The notes: generated from the sequence alone by a model not told the origin. A DNA stretch of 64,000 nt from Rhodoferax sp. (GCA_018063505.1 JAGPBF010000001.1:7724-71723); one strand, 5' to 3'. Numbered from the stretch's first letter, positions 9,482-19,847 are shown. Numbers and translations: made by a program.

Positions 9482-11788
9482 TCAGCCGACGGCAGCCTCT
9501 TCGGGCTTGGGCTTGCCCTCTTTCTTGGGCAGCGGCGCAATATCGAGGGTCACCTCGTCCTTGTCGTCGATATCCACGGTGAGGCGCCCGCCTTCGGTCA
9601 GGCGGCCAAACAGCAGTTCATCGGCCAGCGCGCGACGTATCGTGTCCTGGATCAGCCGCTGCATCGGACGCGCGCCCATCAGCGGATCGAAGCCCTTCTT
9701 GGCAAGGTGCTTGCGCAGCTTGTCAGTGAACGTCACATCGACCTTCTTCTCTGTCAACTGGGTTTCAAGCTGCAGCAGGAACTTGTCGACCACCCGCAGA
9801 ATGACGTTTTCGTCCAGCGCCTTGAAGCTCACCGTGGCATCGAGCCGGTTGCGGAACTCGGGTGTGAACAGGCGCTTGATGTCCGCCATCTCGTCGCCGG
9901 CATCGTGCTTGTTGGTGAATCCCATGACTGTCTTGTTCAGGGCCTCGGCGCCCGCGTTCGTCGTCATGACAATGATGACATTGCGGAAATCGGCCTTGCG
10001 CCCGTTGTTGTCGGTCAGCGTTCCGTGGTCCATCACCTGCAGCAACACGTTGAAGATGTCCGGATGCGCCTTCTCGATCTCGTCGAGCAGCAGCACGCAA
10101 TGGGGCTTCTTCGTCACAGCCTCGGTCAGCAGGCCGCCCTGGTCGAAACCGACGTAGCCCGGGGGCGCACCGATCAGCCGGCTCACCGCGTGGCGTTCCA
10201 TGTATTCGCTCATGTCGAAGCGGATCAGGTCGATACCCATGATGTAAGCCAGTTGCTTGGCCGCTTCTGTCTTGCCGACGCCGGTCGGCCCACTGAACAG
10301 GAATGAGCCAATCGGCTTGTCGCCACGGCCCAGCCCGGAACGGGCCATCTTGACCGCGGATGCCAGCACATCGAGTGCCTTGTCCTGTCCGAACACCACG
10401 CTCTTGAGATCGCGTTCGAGGGTCTTGAGCTTGCCGCGGTCGTCGTTGGACACGTTGGCCGGCGGAATCCGTGCGATCTTGGCCACGATGTCCTCGACCT
10501 CGGCCTTGCTGATGGTCTTCTTGCGTTTGGACACTGGCAGGATGCGCTGCGCCGCGCCGGCCTCGTCGATCACGTCGATCGCCTTGTCCGGAAGATGCCG
10601 GTCATTGATGTACTTGGCGCTCAGCTCCGCAGCGGCCTGCAAGGCTGCGACCGCGTACTTGACGTTGTGGTGCTCCTCGAAGCGCGATTTCAGCCCCTTG
10701 AGGATCTCGACCGTCTGCTCCACCGTGGGCTCGACGACATCGACCTTCTGGAAACGCCGTGACAAGGCCGCATCCTTCTCGAAGATGCCGCGGTATTCGG
10801 TGAAGGTGGTGGCACCGATGCACTTGAGCGCACCCGAACTCAGGCCGGGTTTAAGCAGATTGGAAGCATCGAGGGTGCCACCGGAGGCGGCGCCGGCGCC
10901 GATCAGCGTATGGATTTCGTCGATGAACAGGATGCCGTTGGGCTTGTCCTTGAGCGACTTGAGCACACCCTTGAGACGCTGCTCGAAATCATCGCGGTAC
11001 TTGGTACCGGCCAGCAGGGCGCCCATGTCTAGCGAATACACCACCGAGTCGGCCAGGATCTCGGGCACGTCTTTTTGCGTGATGCGCCATGCCAGGCCCT
11101 CGGCGATGGCCGTCTTGCCAACGCCGGCCTCGCCCACCAGCAACGGGTTGTTCTTGCGCCGGCGGCACAGGATCTGGATCACCCGCTCGACCTCGTACTC
11201 GCGGCCGATCAGTGGATCGATCTTGCCGTCCTTGGCCAGCTGATTCAGGTTCTGGGTGTATTGCTCCAGTGGCGATTGCTTCTCGGATTTCTCGCCACCC
11301 TCTTCCGCTTCGGCCTGGTTTTCGCTGGATTTGGTCGGCTCCGGCGGATCGGACTTCTTGATGCCATGCGCAATGAAATTGACCACGTCCAGACGCGTGA
11401 CGCCTTGCTGGTGCAGATAGTAGACGGCGTGGGAGTCCTTCTCGCCGAATATGGCGACCAGCACATTGGCGCCGGTGACCTCTTTCTTGCCACTGCCGGT
11501 GGATTGCACGTGCATGATGGCGCGCTGGATCACGCGCTGGAAACCCAGTGTCGGCTGGGTGTCGACATCGTCGGATCCCGCAACCTGCGGCGTGTTGTCC
11601 TTGATGAATGTCGACAGCGACTTGCGCAGATCGTCGATATTCGCCGAGCAGGCCCGCAGGACCTCCGCAGCGCTGGGGTTGTCCAGCAACGCGAGCAAAA
11701 GATGCTCCACCGTGATGAACTCGTGGCGCTGCTGGCGCGCCTCGACAAACGCCATGTGCAGGCTAACTTCCAGTTCCTGGGCAATCAT
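9482..11788 (-). CDS. clpA: ATP-dependent Clp protease ATP-binding subunit ClpA
   Basis: Two AAA+ modules ([16 protein letters not shown]), GYVG loop, and position next to clpS. Confidence 0.97.
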   Translation of the reverse strand: MIAQELEVSLHMAFVEARQQRHEFITVEHLLLALLDNPSAAEVLRACSANIDDLRKSLSTFIKDNTPQVAGSDDVDTQPTLGFQRVIQRAIMHVQSTGSGKKEVTGANVLVAIFGEKDSHAVYYLHQQGVTRLDVVNFIAHGIKKSDPPEPTKSSENQAEAEEGGEKSEKQSPLEQYTQNLNQLAKDGKIDPLIGREYEVERVIQILCRRRKNNPLLVGEAGVGKTAIAEGLAWRITQKDVPEILADSVVYSLDMGALLAGTKYRDDFEQRLKGVLKSLKDKPNGILFIDEIHTLIGAGAASGGTLDASNLLKPGLSSGALKCIGATTFTEYRGIFEKDAALSRRFQKVDVVEPTVEQTVEILKGLKSRFEEHHNVKYAVAALQAAAELSAKYINDRHLPDKAIDVIDEAGAAQRILPVSKRKKTISKAEVEDIVAKIARIPPANVSNDDRGKLKTLERDLKSVVFGQDKALDVLASAVKMARSGLGRGDKPIGSFLFSGPTGVGKTEAAKQLAYIMGIDLIRFDMSEYMERHAVSRLIGAPPGYVGFDQGGLLTEAVTKKPHCVLLLDEIEKAHPDIFNVLLQVMDHGTLTDNNGRKADFRNVIIVMTTNAGAEALNKTVMGFTNKHDAGDEMADIKRLFTPEFRNRLDATVSFKALDENVILRVVDKFLLQLETQLTEKKVDVTFTDKLRKHLAKKGFDPLMGARPMQRLIQDTIRRALADELLFGRLTEGGRLTVDIDDKDEVTLDIAPLPKKEGKPKPEEAAVG

Positions 11789-11881
11789 GTGTATTCCTTT
11801 TGCCTTGCGTTGATGCTTTACTTTAAACCGATTTGAATGTCGGACCGGATCACTGTCTAAAACTTACAAACTCGCCCTTCT

Positions 11882-12241
11882 TCAATCGATCGGCTCACTG
11901 ACACATTGCAGCGGATGCCCCGCCTTGTGCGCCGCTTCGAGAACCTGATCGACCTTGGTTGCCGCCACATCCTTCGAATAGACCCCGCAAACCCCTCGAC
12001 CCTCCAGGTGAATCTTGAGCATGATCTGGGTCGCCGTTTCCATGTCCTTGCTGAAGAACTCCTGGATCATGACGACGACGAATTCCATGGGTGTGTAGTC
12101 GTCGTTGAGCATGACGACCTGGTACATCTGGGGCGGCTTGACCTTTTGCGTCTGTCGCTCGACGACCACGGCGCCACCGTCATCGGTACGGGGCGACTGG
12201 ACCGGCGGGGTGGGAGGTTTTACAGGTTGCTTGGTTGCCAT
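11882..12241 (-). CDS. clpS: ClpS adaptor
   Basis: [26 protein letters not shown] and HPLQC. Confidence 0.97.
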   Translation of the reverse strand: MATKQPVKPPTPPVQSPRTDDGGAVVVERQTQKVKPPQMYQVVMLNDDYTPMEFVVVMIQEFFSKDMETATQIMLKIHLEGRGVCGVYSKDVAATKVDQVLEAAHKAGHPLQCVSEPID

Positions 12242-12286
12242 CGGAACATTCTATCGACGCCCGGGTGGCAACGTCGCCTAGACAGG

Positions 12287-12314
12287 AAATGGAGACGGCG
12301 GCGGGCTATTCAAG
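12287..12314 (-). promoter_or_regulatory. sigma32 (RpoH)-type promoter for clpS-clpA
   Basis: Minus strand reads CTTGAA-N14-CTCCATTT, matching the CTTGAA-N13/14-CCCCATNT consensus. Confidence 0.65.
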
Positions 12315-12414
12315 GGGTCAAGGCAAAAACCGCCCGGACGGCTTGGCGCCGGGGCGGTCTGATACGGTGCCAGCGATCACCACGGCGCAGCTCTCGCCGT
12401 GAACAGCGCGGGTT

Positions 12415-13668
12415 CTACATATGGTCGATCATCACCTTGCCGAAACCCGAGCAGCTCACTTGCGTCGCACCGTCCATCAGGCGGGCAAAGTCATAGGTGA
12501 CCTTCTTGCTGTCGATCGATTTCTCCATGGCGCTGATGATCAGGTCGGCGGCTGCCGTCCACCCCATGTGGCGCAGCATCATTTCGGCTGACAGGATCTC
12601 CGAGCCCGGATTCACGTAGTCCTTGCCAGCGTATTTGGGCGCGGTACCGTGCGTCGCCTCGAACATGGCGATGGTGTCGCTCAGATTCGCGCCCGGGGCA
12701 ATGCCGATGCCGCCGACCTGCGCGGCCAGCGCGTCGGACACGTAGTCGCCGTTGAGGTTCAGGGTGGCAATCACGCTGTATTCAGCGGGACGCAACAGGA
12801 TCTGCTGCAGAAAGGCATCGGCAATGCTGTCCTTGATGACGATCTCTTTGCCGGTTTTCGGATTCTTGAACTTGCACCATGGTCCGCCATCGATCAGTTC
12901 GGCACCGAACTCCTTCTGCGCCAGACCATAAGCCCAGTCGCGGAAGCCGCCTTCGGTGAATTTCATGATGTTGCCCTTGTGCACGATCGTCACACTGGGC
13001 TTGTTATTGTCGATCGCATACTGGATCGCCTTGCGTACCAGCCGCTCGGTTCCTTCGCGCGACACCGGCTTGATGCCGATACCCGAGGTATTCGGAAAGC
13101 GGATCTTCTTCACGCCCATCTCGTCCTGCAGGAACTTGATGAGCTTTTTGGCCTTCTCCGACTCGGCTTCGAACTCGATGCCGGCATAAATGTCTTCCGA
13201 GTTTTCGCGGAAGATCACCATGTTGGTCTTGTGCGGCTCCTTCACAGGCGAGGGCACACCCTTGAAGTACTGGATCGGGCGCAGGCAGACGTACAGATCG
13301 AGCTCCTGGCGCAAGGCCACGTTCAGCGAACGGATGCCACCACCCACCGGGGTCGTCAGCGGACCCTTGATGGAGACCACATAGTCCCTGACGGCCTCGA
13401 GGGTCTCCGCCGGCAGCCACACATCCGGGCCATAGATCCGGGTCGACTTCTCGCCGGCGTAGACCTCCATCCAGTGAATCTTCTTCTTGCCGCCATAGGC
13501 CTTGGCCACAGCCGCATCGACCACTTTGAGCATGACCGGTGTGATGTCCATGCCGGTACCGTCACCCTCGATGAACGGAATGATCGGTTCGTCCGGCACA
13601 TTCAGCGACATGTCGGCATTGACGGTGATCTTCGAACCGGAGGCTGGAACCTTGATGTGCTGGTACAT
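12415..13668 (-). CDS. icd: NADP-dependent isocitrate dehydrogenase
   Basis: Start MYQHIKVP at 13668, with [26 protein letters not shown] and HGTAPKYAG. Confidence 0.97.
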   Translation of the reverse strand: MYQHIKVPASGSKITVNADMSLNVPDEPIIPFIEGDGTGMDITPVMLKVVDAAVAKAYGGKKKIHWMEVYAGEKSTRIYGPDVWLPAETLEAVRDYVVSIKGPLTTPVGGGIRSLNVALRQELDLYVCLRPIQYFKGVPSPVKEPHKTNMVIFRENSEDIYAGIEFEAESEKAKKLIKFLQDEMGVKKIRFPNTSGIGIKPVSREGTERLVRKAIQYAIDNNKPSVTIVHKGNIMKFTEGGFRDWAYGLAQKEFGAELIDGGPWCKFKNPKTGKEIVIKDSIADAFLQQILLRPAEYSVIATLNLNGDYVSDALAAQVGGIGIAPGANLSDTIAMFEATHGTAPKYAGKDYVNPGSEILSAEMMLRHMGWTAAADLIISAMEKSIDSKKVTYDFARLMDGATQVSCSGFGKVMIDHM

Positions 13669-13878
13669 GGATCGGGGTCTCTGTGGGTGGGGGGAGGTGG
13701 CGGTCACCACGGCAGTGGCAACTTTGGTACATACGGCCACCGGTTGCGAAGCATGGACAGAATTTTAGCTTCAAATATTTTCACGAAGCTGTCAACCGCC
13801 AGCAACGAGGCGCCGTTACAGGAGGGCTTCCCGCAGGGGAAGAAAGCTAACCATCCCATATATCCAAGGAAGTTCCAA

Positions 13879-14226
13879 ATGAACAAGATTCTCGCCACCC
13901 TGATCGCCAGCCTGATTGCCGCCGGCGCATTTGCCCAGACCCCGGCCAAGCCTGCTGCTGCCGCTTCTGCTGCTGCCGCTGCTCCCGCCAAGGCTGCCGC
14001 TCCTGCAGCTCCTGCCGCCGCCGCCGCTCCAGCAGTTGCAGCAGCTCCTGCCAAAATGGAAGAGAAAAAGGACGCCAAGGCTGATGCAGCCAAGATGAAA
14101 GAAGAGAAAGCAGCCGCCAAGAAGGCCAAGGCCGAAGAGATGAAAGCGGCCAAGAAAGCCAAGGCCGAAGAGAAGAAAGCCGCCAAGAAGCCGGCCAAGA
14201 AAGACGAAGCCGCTCCCAAGGCTTGA
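13879..14226 (+). CDS. Small secreted low-complexity Ala/Lys/Glu-rich protein
   Basis: AAGGAAG RBS, signal peptide MNKILATLIASLIAAGAFA, AAKKAKAEE repeats, and a terminator immediately after. It is the real 3' part of track ORF 12649..14226. Confidence 0.85.
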   Translation: MNKILATLIASLIAAGAFAQTPAKPAAAASAAAAAPAKAAAPAAPAAAAAPAVAAAPAKMEEKKDAKADAAKMKEEKAAAKKAKAEEMKAAKKAKAEEKKAAKKPAKKDEAAPKA

Positions 14227-14258
14227 TCGAAGCCCACGTGGGTCCGTCGGGCCCGCTG

Positions 14259-14295
14259 AAAGCCCAATGCCCGCGACGCGGGCATTGGGCTTTTT
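14259..14295 (+). terminator. Rho-independent terminator
   Basis: AAAGCCCAATGCCCGC-gac-GCGGGCATTGGGCTTT-TT. Confidence 0.9.
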
Positions 14296-14313
14296 GTCCG
14301 CCACAATCCGATC

Positions 14314-14769
14314 ATGAAAACATTGCGCGTCATCTCTTTGTGGCTCATCACTATGATTGGCGGCCTGGCTTTTGCCCAGGAACAGCCGCAACGTGACCTG
14401 CCCCGCGTCACGCTGGGCGCCGGCATGTACCGGATCGACGCACAGGTGGCCCTGACGCCAGATCAACGCCAGATCGGCTTGATGTACCGATCGGAAATGC
14501 CGCAGCACGAAGGCATGCTGTTCGTTTTTGAAGAGCCGGCCCAGCAGTGTTTCTGGATGAAGAACACCCTGCTCCCCCTGACTGCCGCATTTGTGGCTGA
14601 CGATGGCAGCATCGTCAATCTGGTCGACATGAAGCCGCAGACCACAGACTCGCACTGCTCGACCAAGCCGGTACGGTTTGTGCTGGAAATGAACCAGGGC
14701 TGGTTTGCCAAGAAGTCGATCAAGGCCGGCTTCCGGTTGACCGGAAAACCCTTCGAAACCACGCGCTGA
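14314..14769 (+). CDS. DUF192-family protein
   Basis: GLMYR, GMLFVF, FWMKNT and FVLEMNQGWF. Confidence 0.9.
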   Translation: MKTLRVISLWLITMIGGLAFAQEQPQRDLPRVTLGAGMYRIDAQVALTPDQRQIGLMYRSEMPQHEGMLFVFEEPAQQCFWMKNTLLPLTAAFVADDGSIVNLVDMKPQTTDSHCSTKPVRFVLEMNQGWFAKKSIKAGFRLTGKPFETTR

Positions 14770-14853
14770 GACGATCTGGCCACGCGCAGCGCGCGTCAGA
14801 GCAGGACGGCGCGGTGACGCAGACCACGCAAATGGCGTGGCGAACAGCTCATG

Positions 14854-14875
14854 AAAAGGCCGGCATAAGCCGGCC
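14854..14875 (-). terminator. Rho-independent terminator of sodB
   Basis: Minus strand reads GGCCGGC-ttat-GCCGGCC-TTTT. Confidence 0.75.
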
Positions 14876-14902
14876 CGTCGGACAGGTTGCGGTTACGTGG
14901 GA

Positions 14903-15484
14903 TCAGCCGAAATTGGTCTGTGCGAATTCCCAGTTCACCAGCTTGTCGAGGAAGGTCTCGACAAACTTCGGACGTGCATTGCGGTAGTCGATGTAATACG
15001 CATGCTCCCACACGTCGACCGTCAACAGCGGCTTGTCGGCGGTCGTCAATGGCGTGCCTGCAGCACCCATGTTGACGATGTCGACCGATCCGTCCGGCTT
15101 CTTCACCAGCCAGGTCCAGCCGGAACCGAAGTTGCCGACAGCCGACTTGACGAATGCCTCCTTGAATGCGGCATAAGTGCCCCATTTTGCGTTGATCGCA
15201 GCAGCCAATGCGCCGGAGGGCTCACCACCGCCTGCCGGCTTCATGCAGTTCCAGAAGAAGGTGTGGTTCCAGATCTGGGCCGAGTTGTTGTACACGCCGC
15301 CGCTGGACTTCTTGATGATGTCCTCGAGCGCCATCGATTCGAACTCGGTGCCTTTTTGCAGGTTGTTGAGGTTCACCACATAGGCGTTGTGATGCTTGCC
15401 ATGGTGGAACTCGAGCGTTTCACGCGAATAGTGTGGCGCCAGGGCGTCGATGGCGTAGGGCAATGCTGGCAGGGTATGTTCCAT
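14903..15484 (-). CDS. sodB: Fe-superoxide dismutase
   Basis: HHGKHH, AQIWNH (Fe-type Gln) and DVWEHAYY. Confidence 0.97.
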   Translation of the reverse strand: MEHTLPALPYAIDALAPHYSRETLEFHHGKHHNAYVVNLNNLQKGTEFESMALEDIIKKSSGGVYNNSAQIWNHTFFWNCMKPAGGGEPSGALAAAINAKWGTYAAFKEAFVKSAVGNFGSGWTWLVKKPDGSVDIVNMGAAGTPLTTADKPLLTVDVWEHAYYIDYRNARPKFVETFLDKLVNWEFAQTNFG

Positions 15485-15532
15485 GGTGTCCTCTTCAGAT
15501 GGTTGGCAAAGACGCGATTGTAGAAACTTTGC

Positions 15533-16858
15533 TCAACATGGTTTTTCCACGCGCAAATCCATGGCGCCATGGGCCAGTGTCGCACGGACCCGCTGGTCTA
15601 CACCGACTTGCTCGGCGCGCGTGATGGTGCGGCCTTCGGCATCGGTGATCCAGGCATATCCCCGCTGCAGCACCAGCGCCGGATCGAGCAGTCCCAGACG
15701 CAACCGAGAGCGTTCGAGTCGCTCGTGCAGCCGTTCCATACCGCGTTGCCGACCGGATTGCAGGCGCATCTGCAACTGCCCCAGCGCCTGCTGCTGGCGT
15801 GCCAGCAACAAGCCCGTGGCCAGCCGCTGGCGCCGGGCCACCGAGACCAGCCCTACGCGCTGCGCAGTGGCCAGGCCTGATGGCCGGCCCAGCCGGGCTG
15901 CCGCCGCATCGACACGTTGCGCCTCCCGGTCGAGCCGGTCGGTCGCCGCCTCCTGCAGCCGGCTCTCGATCAGTTCGAGCGCGCCCAGCCAGACCTCGCG
16001 CGCAGCGGCCACCAGTTCGGCAGCCGCTGTGGGCGTTGGCGCGCGCACATCGGCAACAAAGTCGGCAATCGTGAAATCGGTTTCATGTCCGACACCACAG
16101 ACGACCGGCACCGGACTTCGCGCAATCACGCGCGCCAGCGTCTCGTCGTTGAACGCACGCAGGTCCTCGATCGAACCGCCTCCGCGCACCAGCAAGATGG
16201 CCTCGGGCGCGAGTCGCCGCGACGGCGCTCCGACAACAGCCTGCGCGGCAACACCCTCCGGCGACTCGACCAGCGCATACAGGCTCTCCAGCGCCTGGAC
16301 CAATTGCGCCGCCGCGCCCTGGCCTTGCACCGGTGCCGGCGCCAACAGCACCGGAATATGGGGAACCCGGCGCTGCAATGCAGTCACCACATCGTGCAAG
16401 GCGGCCGCCCCGCGGGACGTGACCAGGCCGATCGCCCGCGGCATCAGCGGCAATTCGCGCTTGCGCGCGGCATCGAACAGGCCTTCGCCCTGCAATTTGG
16501 CCTTGAGCCGGAGGAATTCCTCGAACAAGGCGCCGGCGCCGGCCTGACGCATGGATTCGACAATCAGTTGCAGGTCGCCGCGTTGCGCATACACGCCCAG
16601 ACGGCCCCGAACTTCAACCAGGTCACCATCGCGCACGGCAAAGTCCAGCAGGCCAGCGGCACGCTTGAACATCGCGCAGCGGATCTGGCCGGAGGAATCC
16701 TTGAGCGTGAAATAGCAGTGGCCACTGGCGGCTCGCGCGAAACCGGAAATCTCGCCTTGCACCGACACCGGATTGAAGCGCGCGTCCAACGCATCTGCCA
16801 CCGCCTGGCACAGGTCGGCAACAGCCCAGACGCGGGGCCCGGCCGGGCTCGCGCTCAT
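15533..16858 (-). CDS. xseA: Exodeoxyribonuclease VII large subunit
   Basis: SGHCYFTLKD, LVRGGGSIEDL, GVGHETDFTIADFVAD and PTPTAAAE. GGAGG precedes ATG 16858. Confidence 0.95.
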   Translation of the reverse strand: MSASPAGPRVWAVADLCQAVADALDARFNPVSVQGEISGFARAASGHCYFTLKDSSGQIRCAMFKRAAGLLDFAVRDGDLVEVRGRLGVYAQRGDLQLIVESMRQAGAGALFEEFLRLKAKLQGEGLFDAARKRELPLMPRAIGLVTSRGAAALHDVVTALQRRVPHIPVLLAPAPVQGQGAAAQLVQALESLYALVESPEGVAAQAVVGAPSRRLAPEAILLVRGGGSIEDLRAFNDETLARVIARSPVPVVCGVGHETDFTIADFVADVRAPTPTAAAELVAAAREVWLGALELIESRLQEAATDRLDREAQRVDAAAARLGRPSGLATAQRVGLVSVARRQRLATGLLLARQQQALGQLQMRLQSGRQRGMERLHERLERSRLRLGLLDPALVLQRGYAWITDAEGRTITRAEQVGVDQRVRATLAHGAMDLRVEKPC

Positions 16859-16920
16859 CAGGTAACCTCCATGCTGCGCATTGCGGAATTCGCCCTTGGG
16901 AACGGCCCGGCGGTGCTCAT
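16856..16920 (-). repeat. Junction repeat element, copy B (supplies xseA SD and start)
   Basis: ATGAGCACCGCCGGGCCGTTCCCAAG...CCGCA-ATGC-GCA-GCAT-GGAGG-TTACCTG-ATG. Confidence 0.75.
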
Positions 16921-16986
16921 CGGGCAACCTACGCCCTTCGGGCTGCGGTGCGAGCTTGCTTGGGAGCGGCCCGGCGCGACGCTCAT
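16918..16986 (-). repeat. Junction repeat element, copy A
   Basis: Bases 16934-16985 are 46/52 identical (manual alignment) to 54951-55002. Contains a GCCC-GAA-GGGC hairpin. Confidence 0.85.
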
Positions 16987-17265
16987 GCTGCCAGCCCCGC
17001 GCCACGCGCGGCAGTGCGACGCATTTTCGCTGCCAACAAACAGGATTTCATGCGCATTGCCTGGCTGCGGCGGGCAAAACCGCCCGCGCGGACCACCCGA
17101 CTACTCCACACTGCGCGACCCGGACGAGGCGCTGCCCGGGGACCCGGCCGATCGCCTGTATTCACGCCACAAGCTGTTGATTTAACTGAACTTTTCACTG
17201 CTCTATTTCTCATCATTCCAAGCCCGGGCCGCATGAATGCAGGCCTGAGCCGGTTTTCAGCCGGG

Positions 17266-17300
17266 TTTTGCACAAAGTTATCCACATGTTCTGTGGGTGA
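17266..17300. promoter_or_regulatory. DnaA-box cluster
   Basis: Perfect TTATCCACA at 17278-17286, flanked by TTTTGCACA (17266-74) and inverted TGTGGGTGA (17292-300), each with 2 mismatches. Confidence 0.5.
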
Positions 17301-17400
17301 TGCAGGCAGGCGGGCCAAATGCATTCGTTACATGCCGACGCAGCGCCGTGTTTCCCGTACGCCATAATCGACCGGCTTTCCTTCCGCATGGAGTTCATTC

Positions 17401-18036
17401 TTGTTTTCCATCATACAAGCCGCAGGCTGGCCGATCTGGCCTCTGGTCGCATGTTCCATTCTGGCGCTGGCCCTGATCATCGAGCGCTTCATCAGCCTGA
17501 AGACTGCCAAGGTGGCGCCGCCGCGCCTGCTCGACGAGGTGCTGACGGTATCGCGCAACGGCGTGCCGCCAGCCGACATGGTGGTGCAACTCGAGCGCAA
17601 TTCAGCGCTCGGGGAGGTCCTTGCCAGCGGGTTCAAGGCCGTCAACGCGAACCCGCGTCTGACCGAGGCCGAACTTCGCGCCACGATGGAAGGATCGGGT
17701 CGGCTGGTCGCCCACCGGCTTGAGCGCTATCTGAGCGCCCTGGCCACGATCGCATCGGCCGCGCCGCTGATGGGGCTCTTCGGCACGGTTGTCGGCATGA
17801 TCGAGATCTTCGGCTCACAGGGTCCTTCCACTGGCGCGCCCGGCGGAAACCCGGCCCAACTGGCGCATGGCATTTCGGTGGCCTTGTACAACACGGCCTT
17901 CGGACTGATCATTGCCATTCCCGCCCTGATTTTCTGGCGCTATTTCAGGGCCACTGTCGATGCGTATCTGCTGACGCTCGAATTGTCAGCCGACCGGCTG
18001 GCGCGGCACCTGAACAACCTGCGCAAGAATCCATGA
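17401..18036 (+). CDS. exbB: MotA/TolQ/ExbB proton channel protein
   Basis: APLMGLFGTVVGMI and GISVALYNTAFGLIIAIP. TTG start after GGAG. Confidence 0.9.
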   Translation: MFSIIQAAGWPIWPLVACSILALALIIERFISLKTAKVAPPRLLDEVLTVSRNGVPPADMVVQLERNSALGEVLASGFKAVNANPRLTEAELRATMEGSGRLVAHRLERYLSALATIASAAPLMGLFGTVVGMIEIFGSQGPSTGAPGGNPAQLAHGISVALYNTAFGLIIAIPALIFWRYFRATVDAYLLTLELSADRLARHLNNLRKNP

Positions 18037-18461
18037 ATTTTCGCGCAGGCTCCCGTGATGAACCGGAAATCAACCTGATCCCGTTCATCGACATCCTGCT
18101 GGTGGTGCTGATTTTCCTGATGCTGACGACCACGTACAGCAAGTTCACCGAGATCCAGCTCCGGCTCCCGGTGGCCGACACCGAAACCCAGCGCGACTAT
18201 CCCAAGGAACTGCTGGTCAGCGTCAGCAGTGACGGTGCTTATTCGGTGAACGCGGTCCCGCTGGTCGGCCAAAGCCCGGATATCCTGGCCAATGCCATGC
18301 TGGCGGCAGCCAAATCCGGCAAGGACTCCGTCGTCGTCATCCAAGCCGACGCCAGCGCCAAACACCAGGCGGTCATCACCGTCATGGAGGCCGCCCGGCG
18401 CGCCGGACTGGCCCAGATCACCTTCGCAACCCAGCCTTCGGGCAAAGCCGCAACGCGTTAG
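18033..18461 (+). CDS. exbD: ExbD/TolR protein
   Basis: EINLIPFIDILLVVLIFLM. ATGA overlap with exbB. Confidence 0.92.
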   Translation: MNFRAGSRDEPEINLIPFIDILLVVLIFLMLTTTYSKFTEIQLRLPVADTETQRDYPKELLVSVSSDGAYSVNAVPLVGQSPDILANAMLAAAKSGKDSVVVIQADASAKHQAVITVMEAARRAGLAQITFATQPSGKAATR

Positions 18462-18465
18462 CGCC

Positions 18466-19515
18466 ATGGCCGGCGCAGCGCTGCGGCAGACCCTGCTCGG
18501 TGCCTGGCGGCAACGCGGCCCGCTGGCCTGGTTGTTGTGGCCGCTGTCCCTGTTGTACGGCGGTATGTGGCACGTGCGGCGCTGGCTTTACCGCTGCGGC
18601 CTGCTCCCGATGCAACACCTGCCGGTGCCGGTGATCGTGGTTGGCAATGTCGTGGCCGGCGGCGGCGGCAAGACCCCGCTGGTCATCGCGTTGGTGCAGT
18701 ATCTGCAGTCCATGGGCCTGCGTCCGGGCGTGATTGCCCGCGGATACGGCCGCAGCAATCAGGATTGCATGGCAGTAACTCTTCAGGCCACAGCCGACGA
18801 TGTCGGTGACGAGCCACTGCTGGTACACCGGCGCACCGGTGCGCCGGTGCAGGTTGCAACGCAACGCGCAGCCGCCGCGCGCGCATTGCTGCAGCGCTAT
18901 CCTGAACTCGATCTGCTCATCTGTGACGATGGTCTGCAGCATCTGGGCCTGCACCGTGACATAGAGATCTGCGTATTCGACGACAACGGTGTCGGTAACG
19001 GATTCCTGTTGCCGGCGGGGCCGCTGCGCGAGCCCTGGCCACGTGCCTGTGACCTGCTGGTTCGCAGTGGTGCACTGCCCGGCGGCGCAGCACACCAGAT
19101 TCACCGGCAATTGGCTGCGCATGGACTGCGCGCCGACGGCCAGACGGTTGCGCTGGACAGCATCATGGCAGCAATTCCGCGGGCCTCGATCAAGGCTGTC
19201 GCAGGGATTGCACACCCGGACATATTCTTCGCCATGTTGCGCCAGCGCGGAATGAAGCTCGATGCCACGCGCGCCATGCCCGACCATGCACCATTGGACA
19301 AGTTGCCAGTTGCCTTCGATGGCACAGAGATCCTGCTTTGCACCGAGAAGGATGCGGTCAAGCTGTGGTCGCTGCGTCCGGATGCGCTGGCCGTGCCACT
19401 GGTGGTGTCACTCGATCCGGCCTTCTGGAAGGCGTTGACACAGTTGTTGCGACAACACGGGCCTGCGCACTGGGCCACAAAGTTATCATCGCCCCATGGA
19501 CACACGCCTACTTGA
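18466..19515 (+). CDS. lpxK: Tetraacyldisaccharide 4'-kinase
   Basis: [30 protein letters not shown] and TEKDAVK. Confidence 0.95.
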   Translation: MAGAALRQTLLGAWRQRGPLAWLLWPLSLLYGGMWHVRRWLYRCGLLPMQHLPVPVIVVGNVVAGGGGKTPLVIALVQYLQSMGLRPGVIARGYGRSNQDCMAVTLQATADDVGDEPLLVHRRTGAPVQVATQRAAAARALLQRYPELDLLICDDGLQHLGLHRDIEICVFDDNGVGNGFLLPAGPLREPWPRACDLLVRSGALPGGAAHQIHRQLAAHGLRADGQTVALDSIMAAIPRASIKAVAGIAHPDIFFAMLRQRGMKLDATRAMPDHAPLDKLPVAFDGTEILLCTEKDAVKLWSLRPDALAVPLVVSLDPAFWKALTQLLRQHGPAHWATKLSSPHGHTPT

Positions 19516-19678
19516 ACTGCTGGTTTGCCCCGTCACCAAGGGGCCACTGGAATATGACCGTGAGCGCCAGGAAATGCTGTCCCGCAGCGCGCGGCTGGCT
19601 TACCCGGTCCGCGACGGCATCCCGGTTCTGCTGGAAAACGAGGCGCGCACGCTGACCGACGATGAACTGGGCTTGTGA
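19496..19678 (+). CDS. Trm112/YcaR-like protein
   Basis: [11 protein letters not shown]...[11 protein letters not shown], in the canonical lpxK-kdsB position. Confidence 0.93.
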   Translation: MDTRLLELLVCPVTKGPLEYDRERQEMLSRSARLAYPVRDGIPVLLENEARTLTDDELGL

Positions 19679-19740
19679 GCCGCCTGGTGGTTCCCAAGAC
19701 GCATCGCACCGCAATGCGCAACTCGGAGGGTAGCGCGGTG
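19675..19740 (+). repeat. Junction repeat element, copy C
   Basis: GTGAGCCGCCTGG..TTCCCAAG..TCGCACCGCAATGCGCA..GGAGG-N8-GTG. Begins on the trm112 stop codon. Confidence 0.7.
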
Positions 19741-19847
19741 CGTCACCTGTCCGTGCCACAGGCCTCTCGTGCTGCACAGTTATGCCGCCACACGATTGAC
19801 GCCCGTTGCGGAGCCATTCGCAGGATGGCGCTGCCGGTCGCCATGCG

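Noticed and set aside
12649-13878. First 410 codons of the 525-aa ORF 12649..14226
   Set aside because: Antisense to icd; only 13879-14226 has an RBS, signal peptide and terminator.
16859-17005. 49-aa N-terminal extension of XseA in the ORF track
   Set aside because: It is read-through of the two repeat copies; GGAGG marks ATG 16858 as the start.
19476-19487. CACAAAGTTATC 12-mer shared with the DnaA-box region (17271-17282)
   Set aside because: Lies in lpxK coding sequence and lacks the full box; likely chance.
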